This document shows, one piece after another, positions 7,844 to 16,201 of a stretch of DNA of 32,000 nt; the first letter of the stretch is position 1, and the number at the start of each line of letters is the position of its first letter. Where the stretch lies: contig NZ_DASQYZ010000112.1 in the NCBI RefSeq assembly GCF_035638955.1, positions 13,777 through 45,776 on the forward strand. Reading direction: 5' to 3'. Made by a program: the position numbers and the translations under genes. Source of the DNA: Oligoflexus sp. (GTDB lineage Bacteria > Bdellovibrionota_B > Oligoflexia > Oligoflexales > Oligoflexaceae). Below the pieces are notes generated by a model, which was not told where the DNA came from, did not search any database, and worked only from the letters and a program-made list of their open reading frames with translations.

Positions 7844-8437
7844 GTGGCTGGAAAACAGCAAAGAGGTCAGGAGACCTCGGACAAAATTTTAAAAACGGCG
7901 CTGAAACTTTTCAGTCGTCATGAACTTTCCATCGAGCGCCTGAGCGAGGAATCAGCGGTCTCAATCGGGTCCATCTATCATCATTTCAGCAATCTTCATG
8001 GCGTGTCGGCCGCTCTCTATCAGAGTTCGATGGCCGACCTCTTGCAAACCATTATCGAAGCGGTTCGGGCCCAGACCACGGCCAAAAACAAGGTTATGGC
8101 GCAGGCGCGGGCCTATATTGAATGGACCCGTGACAGGAAAAACGCCGCGCGCTTTATCCATGCGTCGGCCTACGCGCCCTACATGCAGCAGTACGAGCAG
8201 GAGATTCGCCAGGCGAAAGAGCCCATCCTCCAGGAACTGATGGCTCTGTTCGAACCTCACATCCGTGCAGGCGAATTGATCGCCCTCCCGCTGCCGCTTT
8301 ATGAAATTTTACTCATCGGTCCCCTTGCGGAGTTGGCTCGACGCTGGCTCAGCGGTGGTTCGGGACTGGATCTGGAGGCTGCCTGGGAGTTTTTACCCGA
8401 GCGAATCTGGCAGTCGGTTCAACCCAAGGAACATTAG
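7844..8437 (+). CDS. TetR/AcrR-family transcriptional regulator
   Basis: The N-terminal HTH is ILKTALKLFSRHELSIERLSEESAVSIGSIYHHF. The start is a GTG 3 nt after the SDR stop. Confidence 0.85.
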   Translation: MAGKQQRGQETSDKILKTALKLFSRHELSIERLSEESAVSIGSIYHHFSNLHGVSAALYQSSMADLLQTIIEAVRAQTTAKNKVMAQARAYIEWTRDRKNAARFIHASAYAPYMQQYEQEIRQAKEPILQELMALFEPHIRAGELIALPLPLYEILLIGPLAELARRWLSGGSGLDLEAAWEFLPERIWQSVQPKEH

Positions 8438-8439
8438 TC

Positions 8440-8829
8440 ATGCGCATTAAACAGGTTATTCTGGTTCGCAAGGATCTCAACATGCGACGCGGCAAGGAAA
8501 TTGCCCAAGGCTCGCACGCGTCGATGGATTTTCTGGTTGAACCTCTGCGTCAGCTTCTCATCCAGAATCAACCCACGCTGCTGGAATTGACCGACGCTGA
8601 AAAACATTGGATGGTCCACGGCATGGCCAAAGTTTGTCTTCGGGTTAATAGCGAGGAGGAGCTGATCGCCCATCATGAGAAAGCCCTCGCCGCGGGCCTC
8701 AAGAGCTTTATGATTCAGGATAGCGGACGCACTGAATTTCACGGCGAGCCCACTCTGACAGCCTGTGCCATTGGCCCTGATCTGGCGGAAAAGATCGACG
8801 AAATTACTGGAGATTTGACGTTGTACTAG
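8440..8829 (+). CDS. PTH2-family peptidyl-tRNA hydrolase (the archaeal/eukaryotic type)
   Basis: The motifs VILVRKDLNMRRGKEIAQGSHAS, KVCLRV, IQDSGRTEF and the C-terminus IDEITGDLTLY closely parallel human PTRH2 and archaeal Pth2. Confidence 0.85.
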   Translation: MRIKQVILVRKDLNMRRGKEIAQGSHASMDFLVEPLRQLLIQNQPTLLELTDAEKHWMVHGMAKVCLRVNSEEELIAHHEKALAAGLKSFMIQDSGRTEFHGEPTLTACAIGPDLAEKIDEITGDLTLY

Positions 8830-8936
8830 GCGCGTTACCGAAGCTCAGTTCCCGAAATCCTAAAAATCCGCTATAGAAAAATCCAGGCTTGCTGTCTTTT
8901 CATTCAGAAATCCAGGCCAAGCCGGGGAGACGTCAC

Positions 8937-10073
8937 GTGAAATTCAAAGCCATCTGCATTGCCGCCTGTGCCCTCGCTGTGACGGGTTGCGGTCATAAAA
9001 GGAAAACTCGCAAGGACATCCTTCATGCACCGGACGAACTTCTGGTGCAAACGCCACTGAGCCTCGCCGGTTCGATTCCGGATCAGCGGGATGATGCCAA
9101 ATTCAATCGATGCATCACCGGCGATGCCGATCCCGACGTGCTGGCATCCTGTCAGTTGCCTTATTTAACAGTCCCCGGCGTCACGCGTGAGGAGCAGGTG
9201 GAGTCCATCCTGGGCCATACCCTGATCAGTCACGACTGGCAGAAGGAACGTTTCAAAACCTTCCTGCAGGCGACGCGGCCGGAAATTATTTCCATGCTGT
9301 CCTGTGTGAAAGGGATCGCTATCTCCACGGATATTCGGCCCTCTTTTTATTATCCGTCCAGCGCGGCCATTTACCTGGATGCCCGTTATTTTGCAGCCAA
9401 CGCCGAGGAAGCCAACACCGTCAGCAAAAATCCTGACTCCCGTGAAGAGAATTTTGACCAGATCGAACTTCTGTTTTTTACCGTGGATACCGTGCAGGCC
9501 AAGAGCATCGAGGACAGTCGGCGTTTGGATTTGGAAGGACTGCTGGCCCACGAGCTAGCGCATGCTTGTGACTTTAAAGCTGCGGCCTTGACGGGAACGC
9601 ATCTCTCGGATGCCCTCCCCGAAGTGCCCGACAATGCGGTCTATCATCTGGCTCAGTGGCTCTTTTTTGGTGAAGCGGGTTCCAAGGACAAGCTTGCTGG
9701 CTACACGCCGGCCGACATCGGCAAGTCCTATGAAGACGGCCCCGTGATTGACATCTATGGATATGGCAATCAGTATGAGCATCTGGCGATGATCGTGCAG
9801 AATCATCTGGGTTTTGAATTTGACGGTAATAATCGAGTGGATCTGCTGACGAACAACCCCAAGGACGATGAGAAACTGCGGAATTTTCCGATTCATTGGG
9901 GCATGACGGGTAAATTCTGTCAGCCGGATCTTTTCCAGTATGGTCGCGAGCTGACCACGAAAACGGTGCCGATGAAGCTGGAATTTCAAAAAAGCCAGAC
10001 GGAGTGCGTGAGCGTCGTGCACCCAGCCGGCAAAGCCGTCCATGAGGTTCTTGGGCTTCCGCCTCAAAGTTAA
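8937..10073 (+). CDS. Lipoprotein with an HExxH motif (putative zinc metallopeptidase)
   Basis: A lipobox is present (KFKAICIAACALAVTGC). The single zinc-type motif is LLAHELAHACDF. The GTG at 8937 is preceded by GGGGAGA. I recognised no further family. Confidence 0.6.
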   Translation: MKFKAICIAACALAVTGCGHKRKTRKDILHAPDELLVQTPLSLAGSIPDQRDDAKFNRCITGDADPDVLASCQLPYLTVPGVTREEQVESILGHTLISHDWQKERFKTFLQATRPEIISMLSCVKGIAISTDIRPSFYYPSSAAIYLDARYFAANAEEANTVSKNPDSREENFDQIELLFFTVDTVQAKSIEDSRRLDLEGLLAHELAHACDFKAAALTGTHLSDALPEVPDNAVYHLAQWLFFGEAGSKDKLAGYTPADIGKSYEDGPVIDIYGYGNQYEHLAMIVQNHLGFEFDGNNRVDLLTNNPKDDEKLRNFPIHWGMTGKFCQPDLFQYGRELTTKTVPMKLEFQKSQTECVSVVHPAGKAVHEVLGLPPQS

Positions 10074-10089
10074 CGGGCAGGAAACGCCT

Positions 10090-10470
10090 TTACCGGGGCC
10101 ATACTTGGTAGGGGTTCTTGCAATGCGGACAGGATCCAAAATAAGGCGGCTTGCCCTCCTGATACTCAAGGGTATTGCTCTGACCACAGTGAGGGCAGGG
10201 GAACGAGCCGGACATGCCGTGGATGGTGCCTCGACTTTTCAGAAAGACCAGGATGCCCACGATGGGCGCGGCGATCAAACCACCTGGGACTGAAAGAAAA
10301 TGCACACCAGGAATAATAATCGTACACAGAGCCGCCAGTGCGGTCAGGGCAAACGTTTTGAGGCCGCGAAGGGCCGCGTCACGAGGCGTAAGCATGCGAA
10401 TGGCAGCGGGCCCTGTGGTTTCCTTGTCGCCCGACACAGCACGCAGTTGACCTTCAGCCTGGGTTGTCAT
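10090..10470 (-). CDS. Small membrane protein with a C-terminal zinc ribbon
   Basis: There are two hydrophobic segments (FALTALAALCTIIIPGVHFL and GGLIAAPIVGILVFL) followed by CPHC-x19-CPHC. The gene overlaps the marR-like gene by 17 nt. Confidence 0.6.
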   Translation of the reverse strand: MTTQAEGQLRAVSGDKETTGPAAIRMLTPRDAALRGLKTFALTALAALCTIIIPGVHFLSVPGGLIAAPIVGILVFLKSRGTIHGMSGSFPCPHCGQSNTLEYQEGKPPYFGSCPHCKNPYQVWPR

Positions 10471-10975
10471 GACTTTCCTCTTGGGTTTTTAATTCATCGT
10501 ATTCAAAAAATAGTTCAGCCCTGGTCTCACTCATCGCCGCTCGATCCAAAAGCCGCGTGAGGAGATCGCCGAGCTGCCGCTGATCCTGGGGCTCCATGCC
10601 AGCCAAAGCCGTGAGCAATCGATCCGGTACGCTCGCCGATGCCTTGGACAAAACGTTCCGGCCTTGATCTGTTAAACCCAGCATGAGACGCCGCGAATCC
10701 TCAGGCGCCGCACTGCTTTCGATCAACCCCTTGGCCACCAACTTTCGAACCACAACCGACAGCGAACTTTGATGGGTGTAAGTCAACGAGGCCAAGTCAT
10801 TGAGAGAGCGTTTTTGACCATCCTCGAGTTTTTGTAGGGCGAAAAGTTGAGCCGTACTCATACCCAGCTGCTTTTCAGTCTGCCGCGATGCGACATGCAG
10901 CGCACTCACCAGCCGCCGCAGGCAGTTCAAAACGATGGGAGAGTATGAGGAATGGCATTCAGTCATGGCTTTCAC
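10454..10975 (-). CDS. MarR-family transcriptional regulator
   Basis: The winged-HTH region is LGMSTAQLFALQKLEDGQKRSLNDLASLTYTHQSSLSVVVRKLVAKGLI...DSRR. Possible starts are the GTG at 10975 or the ATG at 10966. Confidence 0.85.
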   Translation of the reverse strand: MKAMTECHSSYSPIVLNCLRRLVSALHVASRQTEKQLGMSTAQLFALQKLEDGQKRSLNDLASLTYTHQSSLSVVVRKLVAKGLIESSAAPEDSRRLMLGLTDQGRNVLSKASASVPDRLLTALAGMEPQDQRQLGDLLTRLLDRAAMSETRAELFFEYDELKTQEESHDNPG

Positions 10976-10983
10976 CCCGATAT

Positions 10984-10995
10984 ATGGGATCCCAT
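10984..10995. promoter_or_regulatory. Perfect 12-bp palindrome in the marR/oxyR divergent region (candidate operator)
   Basis: The sequence ATGGGATCCCAT lies 9 nt upstream of the GTG at 10975. Confidence 0.3.
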
Positions 10996-11113
10996 GTTTT
11001 CATCAACCGAGTCGGGTGTCCAGAGAAACCTGGGTCACCTGGAAATGTTCTTGCGCCCTGGGGGCCAGTTTTGCACAATGCCTCTCCGTATCCTTCACAT
11101 CCGGAACCCTGGC

Positions 11114-12088
11114 ATGACTCTCACCCAGCTTGAGTACATTCTCGCAATCGAACGCACAGGCAACTTCAGCAGGGCAGCCGAAGAATGTCACGTGACGCAG
11201 CCGAGTCTGAGTACGCAGGTCATGAAACTGGAAGAGGAACTCGCCGTTCGACTCTTCGATCGTGATCGTCGGCAGGTCACCATCACCGATGCGGGACGGG
11301 AGATCCTGGATATGGTGCGTCGTGTGCTGAATGAAACGCAACGCATTCACGATATCGCGCTGAGCTATCAGAAGGATATTCGTGGCACTCTGCGACTGGG
11401 GATCATTCCGACCATTGGTCCTTACCTTTTGCCGGTTTTCAGTGCGGCCCTGGCTCGTGAGCACAAGGACTTGCTGGTGGAAATATCCGAGGATAAAACC
11501 GAAGCGCTGATGGAAGGCCTGGATAAAGGTCGTCTGGATGCGGCGATACTCTCGACGCCGCGTCAGGCTCCTGAGTCCTTGCTCGAGCGGGTTTTATACT
11601 ATGAACCGTTTTGCATCTTTGCTCATCAGGGTCATCCTCTTCTGGCTCAAAAAACCGTTACCCTGGCTGATTTGGAGAGCTGGGCCCCTTCGCTTTTGGA
11701 TGACACGCATTGCATGCGCGATCAACTGACTCAGATCTGTGACAGTCAATTGCGGGAAGGTCACGGCATCAAATTGAAGGTCGGTACGCTGCAGACCTTA
11801 ATGCAACTGGTGGATCAGCAGCGATCGTTCACGCTCATTCCAAGTCTGGCGCGCAAAAGTCTAAGTGCTGCTCAGCAAAAGGAGCAGATCAAGGAATTCA
11901 TTGAGCCCATTCCCACACGGAAGGTGAGTCTGGTCTATCACCGCTCGTTTTTAAAAAAGCCTCTCATTGAAGCTCTGTTTAAAATTCTGCAAAGCCATAT
12001 CCCTTCCGGGGTCCTGGCCCAAGCCCGTGAAAAAAGATTGAAAATTCTGGATCCTGGACCCCAGCATTTCCTCCCGCCTCATAGTTAA
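11114..12088 (+). CDS. oxyR: LysR-family peroxide sensor OxyR
   Basis: The HTH is MTLTQLEYILAIERTGNFSRAAEECHVTQPSLSTQVMKLEEEL. In THCMRDQLTQIC the two Cys are spaced 9 residues apart, as for E. coli OxyR C199/C208 (GHCLRDQAMGFC). The gene sits next to a catalase. Confidence 0.8.
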   Translation: MTLTQLEYILAIERTGNFSRAAEECHVTQPSLSTQVMKLEEELAVRLFDRDRRQVTITDAGREILDMVRRVLNETQRIHDIALSYQKDIRGTLRLGIIPTIGPYLLPVFSAALAREHKDLLVEISEDKTEALMEGLDKGRLDAAILSTPRQAPESLLERVLYYEPFCIFAHQGHPLLAQKTVTLADLESWAPSLLDDTHCMRDQLTQICDSQLREGHGIKLKVGTLQTLMQLVDQQRSFTLIPSLARKSLSAAQQKEQIKEFIEPIPTRKVSLVYHRSFLKKPLIEALFKILQSHIPSGVLAQAREKRLKILDPGPQHFLPPHS

Positions 12089-12116
12089 ATACTATTAAAC
12101 CATAGAATATTCATAT
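12081..12116 (+). promoter_or_regulatory. OxyR-type binding site upstream of the ankyrin-catalase genes
   Basis: The site reads ATAG-N7-CTAT-N6-ATAG-N7-ATAT. The consensus is ATAG-N7-CTAT-N7-ATAG-N7-CTAT. It overlaps the oxyR stop codon and a weak -35 element (TTGTTC). Confidence 0.55.
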
Positions 12117-12190
12117 TTTTGTTCAATGAGATTTGGGTCGATACTTCCTCTGTGGCCGGCGAATGGGTCACGCAGGAAAGGAACCCGCGT

Positions 12191-12340
12191 ATGCGAAGTT
12201 GGAATGATTATAAGGCGACGTTTGCGACAGATGATGATGTTCATGAGGCTGCCCGTACCGGCAACATGTTGCAGCTGGCCCGGCTGACGAAGCAGAAAGG
12301 TGACCTGGATCGCAAAAATGCGAAGGCTATTCCGCTTTGA
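12191..12340 (+). pseudogene. 5' fragment of an ankyrin-repeat gene, separated from its 3' part by a 1-nt frameshift
   Basis: The ATG at 12191 follows AGGAAAGGA. The fragment encodes DDDVHEAARTGNMLQLARL (an ankyrin helix pair) and stops at 12338..12340. Frame 1 upstream of 12337 reads ...[14 protein letters not shown], which completes a canonical ankyrin repeat. The A5 run at 12314..12318 is the likely site of the shift. Confidence 0.55.
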
Positions 12341-12675
12341 TGCTCGCAGCCTATAACGGCCATCTCGAAGCCACCCGTTACCTCATTTCGATCGGCGCGG
12401 ACCTGAATTCCACAGACCCGGCTGGCAATAGCATCCTGATGGGTGTGGCCTTCAAAGGACACGCGGACATACTCCAGCTGCTGCTTCGTGCAGGAGCCCA
12501 TCCTCACCATCGAAATTCTGCCGGGCAGAACGCTCTGCAATTTGCCCAAATGTTTGGACGGTTCGATTGCGTTGAACTTCTGCAGTCTGGCAAGCCCAAG
12601 GCCCGCTGGCAGCAGATGGTCACCGCCTGGTTCGGATATATCAACCCTTTTAAGAGAGTGAGGAAAGCCGTATGA
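12337..12675 (+). CDS. Ankyrin-repeat protein (3' ORF; likely one gene with 12191..12340)
   Basis: The sequence [70 protein letters not shown] contains consecutive ankyrin repeats. Its stop overlaps the catalase start (ATGA at 12672..12675). Confidence 0.8.
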   Translation: MMLAAYNGHLEATRYLISIGADLNSTDPAGNSILMGVAFKGHADILQLLLRAGAHPHHRNSAGQNALQFAQMFGRFDCVELLQSGKPKARWQQMVTAWFGYINPFKRVRKAV

Positions 12676-14111
12676 AAAAGCCTTTATTGACGACTGCCGG
12701 TGGCCATCCCGTGAGCCAGAACCAGCATTCTTTAACAGCTGGTGCGCGTGGACCGGTCCTCCTTCAGGACATGCACCTGATCGAAAAAATCGCTCATTTC
12801 AATCGGGAGCGCATCCCGGAGCGGGTGGTCCATGCCAAGGGCTCTGGAGCTTATGGTACATTCACCGTTACGCAGGATATCACTCGTTTCACAAGGGCTG
12901 CGGTCTTTGCCGGTGTCGGCAAGCAAACGACGACTTTCCTCCGTTTTTCCACTGTTGCTGGTGAAAAAGGATCGGCAGATACGGATCGTGATCCCCGCGG
13001 TTTTGCCCTGAAATTTTATACTGAGGAAGGCATCTGGGATATCGTCGGCAACAACACGCCGGTCTTTTTCGAGCGCGATCCTTTGAAATTCCCGGACTTC
13101 ATTCACTCGCAGAAACGTGATCCACGCACGGGCTACAAGGATGCGCGCCGTATGTGGGATTACTGGGCTCAGGCGCCGGAAGCCATGCACCAGATCACGA
13201 TCCTCTTCAGTGTTCGCGGTATCCCGGATGGCTATCGTTATATGAATGGCTATGGCAGTCACACGTTCAGTCTTTGGAATCGTGATGGCGAGCGCTTCTG
13301 GGTTAAATTCCACTTTAAATCCATGCAGGGCATTAAAAACCTGCCGCCTGAAAAAGCTGCGATGCTCGCCGGAACGGATCCGGATTATGCCGGACGCGAT
13401 CTCTTCGAAGCGATTGAAGCGGGGCAGTATCCACGCTGGAAAATGATGGTGCAGATTATGCCCGAGCTGGATGCGGAACAATTGCCTTACAATCCCTTTG
13501 ATTTAACCAAAGTCTGGCCGCATCTGGATTACCCCATGCATGAAGTAGGCATCCTGGAACTCAATCGCAATCCGGAAAACTTCTTTGCCGAGGTCGAGCA
13601 GGCGGCATTTTCGCCTGCAAACGTATCACCGGGAATTGGTTATTCACCTGATAAAATGCTGCAGGCTCGACTGTTTGCTTATCCCGATGCCCAACGGTAT
13701 CGTCTGGGTGTGAACTTTCAAAGTCTGCCGGTCAACCGGCCTCTCAACGTGGTGACGGCTTACCATCGCGATGGCGGCATGCGCTTCGATGGCAATGGGG
13801 GGGGGAATGATAACTACGAACCCAATGGCTTCAACGGACCGGCCCAGAACGAATCCTTTGCCGAGCCTCCGCTGCGGATCCAGGGTGATGCCTTGCGTTA
13901 TGATGCGCATCGTGAAAACGATGACTTCACGCAGGCCGGCAACCTCTACCGTATTCTCACGGCAGCGGAACGCGAGCGTCTGACCGATAACCTGGCCGCA
14001 GCCATGCAAGGCGTGCCTCATGACATTCTTCGCCCGTGTATCGAACACTTTCTGCGCTGTGATCAGGACTATGGACTGAAGATCGCAGCCAAGGTGGGTC
14101 TCAAGGTGTAA
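12672..14111 (+). CDS. katA: Monofunctional haem catalase (small-subunit type)
   Basis: The catalase signatures [49 protein letters not shown] and [14 protein letters not shown] are all present. Confidence 0.95.
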   Translation: MKKPLLTTAGGHPVSQNQHSLTAGARGPVLLQDMHLIEKIAHFNRERIPERVVHAKGSGAYGTFTVTQDITRFTRAAVFAGVGKQTTTFLRFSTVAGEKGSADTDRDPRGFALKFYTEEGIWDIVGNNTPVFFERDPLKFPDFIHSQKRDPRTGYKDARRMWDYWAQAPEAMHQITILFSVRGIPDGYRYMNGYGSHTFSLWNRDGERFWVKFHFKSMQGIKNLPPEKAAMLAGTDPDYAGRDLFEAIEAGQYPRWKMMVQIMPELDAEQLPYNPFDLTKVWPHLDYPMHEVGILELNRNPENFFAEVEQAAFSPANVSPGIGYSPDKMLQARLFAYPDAQRYRLGVNFQSLPVNRPLNVVTAYHRDGGMRFDGNGGGNDNYEPNGFNGPAQNESFAEPPLRIQGDALRYDAHRENDDFTQAGNLYRILTAAERERLTDNLAAAMQGVPHDILRPCIEHFLRCDQDYGLKIAAKVGLKV

Positions 14112-14128
14112 CGCAAACTCCACGTAAA

Positions 14129-14160
14129 AGACGCCAGGTTCTGAAGCCTGGCGTCTCTTT
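14129..14160. terminator. Bidirectional rho-independent terminator between the catalase and SET genes
   Basis: AGACGCCAGG pairs with CCTGGCGTCT (10 bp). The stem is flanked by CTTT on the plus strand and CTTTTAC on the minus strand. Confidence 0.75.
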
Positions 14161-14221
14161 ATGGAAGACGGGCACGTGGTGGTCCACGTGCTGATGCTTG
14201 GCAGGGAGAGTGGGAGCTCGA

Positions 14222-14875
14222 CTACTCAGAACGTTCGAGACTGCGTTTGCGTTCACCGCGATAGCGCAGCTCCGGAGTGGGCAAGGCCCCTTCCACAAAC
14301 TTCTGAGCTCGCACTGAAATATAGGCCGTACCTGTTTCCAGATAGCCGTTCAGCTGATTCAGAGTATTCCGATCAAAGAATTTCAGGAGCGGCTGATCCA
14401 CCAGATAAAAGTGGGTCAGGGCATCCGCAACCAGTCCATCATAGTGATCGGCATAGGTATCAAAATCCTCGGGACGCGCCACACCCCGACAGCCTTCCTT
14501 GCAGCAGGCCAGCGGAATTTCCTCGTCCAGGTTCAGGAGACCATAATCATCCGTGACCTCTTCGCCCGGAGCGATATCACGCAGCGCGATCTCAAAACCG
14601 TAGCCAGTCGTCACGGTGTTGGGATTGCAGCAGTGATTCACGTACCGGCCGTGGTCCCAGCTCAGGACGTAGTCGCCCTTGGCATCGATATACGAATATT
14701 TTTTTACAATATCCGTATAGGCGGGATTTTTAATCAAGGCGGCGTCGCGCTCGACAATGATCTCGAGCTGATCCCGCACATAAAGCGCCGTGCCTTTCGG
14801 GATCAACTTGGTTGCAAAGACACCGTAACCGATCTCTTTGCTAACCCACTTTAACTTGGTGTCGGGGTGTATCAT
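14222..14875 (-). CDS. SET-domain protein (putative protein-lysine N-methyltransferase)
   Basis: The motifs GYGVFATKLIPKGT, RYVNHCCNPN (the NHxCxPN signature) and APGEEVTDDYG (the ELxxDY-type motif) are present. A Cys cluster CCKEGC lies downstream. The Shine-Dalgarno sequence is GGGAGAGAG. Confidence 0.85.
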   Translation of the reverse strand: MIHPDTKLKWVSKEIGYGVFATKLIPKGTALYVRDQLEIIVERDAALIKNPAYTDIVKKYSYIDAKGDYVLSWDHGRYVNHCCNPNTVTTGYGFEIALRDIAPGEEVTDDYGLLNLDEEIPLACCKEGCRGVARPEDFDTYADHYDGLVADALTHFYLVDQPLLKFFDRNTLNQLNGYLETGTAYISVRAQKFVEGALPTPELRYRGERKRSLERSE

Positions 14876-14902
14876 GTAGGCTCTCTCCCACGTTAAAAAT
14901 GG

Positions 14903-16108
14903 TCATGGCTTAGGCTTTGCCGCCAAATGACTCGTATCCGGTACTATTGCATCAAGATCGGGAAGGTGGAACGTTATACAATGAAAGGCGCCTCCATCCT
15001 TGATTAAGTCGTCTGCCTTCAGAAAAACCGTCTTCAGCCCGAGTTCCTGATAAATCTTTTGAACCTCGACCTCATAGGACGCGTAATACCGCTGGTCGGG
15101 GTAGGTGCCTCGACCCGGGTCGGGGTTCTTGTAACTTGGAATGATCACTGTATCGTTTACTATCACAGAATTCGCATAAGTAAAGAAAATATCGTGCACC
15201 GGGAGAGGCATGGGCACCCGAACCACCCGGAAGGTTTTGCTCAGATCCTTGGCAATCCGATCCAGCTCGGCTTTTATCTTGGGAATTTTGGCTTTATCGT
15301 CGATATCCGTCTCGCCGACGAGGGCCATGGTTCGGTCCTGGATCTCGTTGACCAGGACCGTATCCCTATTGATGAATTTTAAAAACATGTCGACATGTGG
15401 ATGTGGGATTTGACTCACGACCAGGGTTTTCCGACAGCCGAGCGCCAGTTGAAAAATATCGGCGACGTGCTCACTCAAAGAAAAACCCGGATCCTGTTTG
15501 CGATTCGACTCCGGATCATCCCACATCTCCTCGGACACGACACAGGTTTCACCATTTGTCATGAAGTTGCCACCGTCCATGACGATCGGCAGATGCTCGA
15601 CGCTGGAATTGATGGCCAGGGCGAACTGATGAATCGCGGCATCGTCGTAGCTGTTGCCATCGCGATAGACGAAATCCACAAAACTTGGTGTCGGCGGAAG
15701 AAAGGGATAGGCCCGCAGGACCGGAACCGGAAAATAATCACGCAGCCAGGGGCTCTCATGCTCCAGCTGAACCTTGGTAATCGAAGTCAGTTCATGAGGC
15801 TTGAAAGGCTTCTTTTTCGCAAAGAGTTCGTCGACCTGGTCTTTGAAAGCAGCCGTCATGAAGATATAGACTTTGGCATTGGCGGCCAGCAGCGCGCGCA
15901 CCAATTCGATGCCGGATTCCCGGAACAGAATCTGCTCACTGATGGCGACACCGAACATCGGTTCGAATTCAGCCACCGGTCGCGGATGGATCGTTTTATC
16001 CATGTTAAGTCGGGGAATTTGGATCTTTTGCGGAGCCCAGTTCTGATAGCCCAGAACAGCAGCGATGGCGAGCAAGCAGGTTGCTGGCAGAAGAAGTTTC
16101 TTTTTCAT
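14903..16108 (-). CDS. Agmatine deiminase / Porphyromonas-type peptidylarginine deiminase family protein with a signal peptide
   Basis: The N-terminus MKKKLLLPATCLLAIAAVLGYQ looks like a signal peptide. The family-like start is VAEFEPMFGVAIS, and the C-terminal catalytic-Cys motif is DGGAFHCITFHLP. I chose the ATG at 16108 over the TTG at 16159. Confidence 0.75.
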   Translation of the reverse strand: MKKKLLLPATCLLAIAAVLGYQNWAPQKIQIPRLNMDKTIHPRPVAEFEPMFGVAISEQILFRESGIELVRALLAANAKVYIFMTAAFKDQVDELFAKKKPFKPHELTSITKVQLEHESPWLRDYFPVPVLRAYPFLPPTPSFVDFVYRDGNSYDDAAIHQFALAINSSVEHLPIVMDGGNFMTNGETCVVSEEMWDDPESNRKQDPGFSLSEHVADIFQLALGCRKTLVVSQIPHPHVDMFLKFINRDTVLVNEIQDRTMALVGETDIDDKAKIPKIKAELDRIAKDLSKTFRVVRVPMPLPVHDIFFTYANSVIVNDTVIIPSYKNPDPGRGTYPDQRYYASYEVEVQKIYQELGLKTVFLKADDLIKDGGAFHCITFHLPDLDAIVPDTSHLAAKPKP

Positions 16109-16201
16109 CGTCAGTCGTCGGCGTCCATAAATAGTCCCGTGACGGAAGTAAGGCAACAAGGACTCATGTTGCCCGATTTTATTTGAAATAGATACACTTA
16201 A

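Noticed and set aside
8931-8946. parS-like sequence TCACGTGAAA (also the GTCACGTGAC palindrome at 11187..11196)
   Set aside because: Only one half matches the TGTTTCACGTGAAACA consensus. Both sit in coding or start regions and look like chance CACGTG-centred matches.
12732-13481. 249-aa minus-strand ORF inside the catalase gene
   Set aside because: It is antisense to an unambiguous catalase and has no motifs of its own.
15395-16186. 263-aa plus-strand ORF
   Set aside because: It is antisense to the deiminase-family gene, which has a signal peptide and a catalytic motif. The plus-strand ORF has neither a Shine-Dalgarno sequence nor any domain signature.
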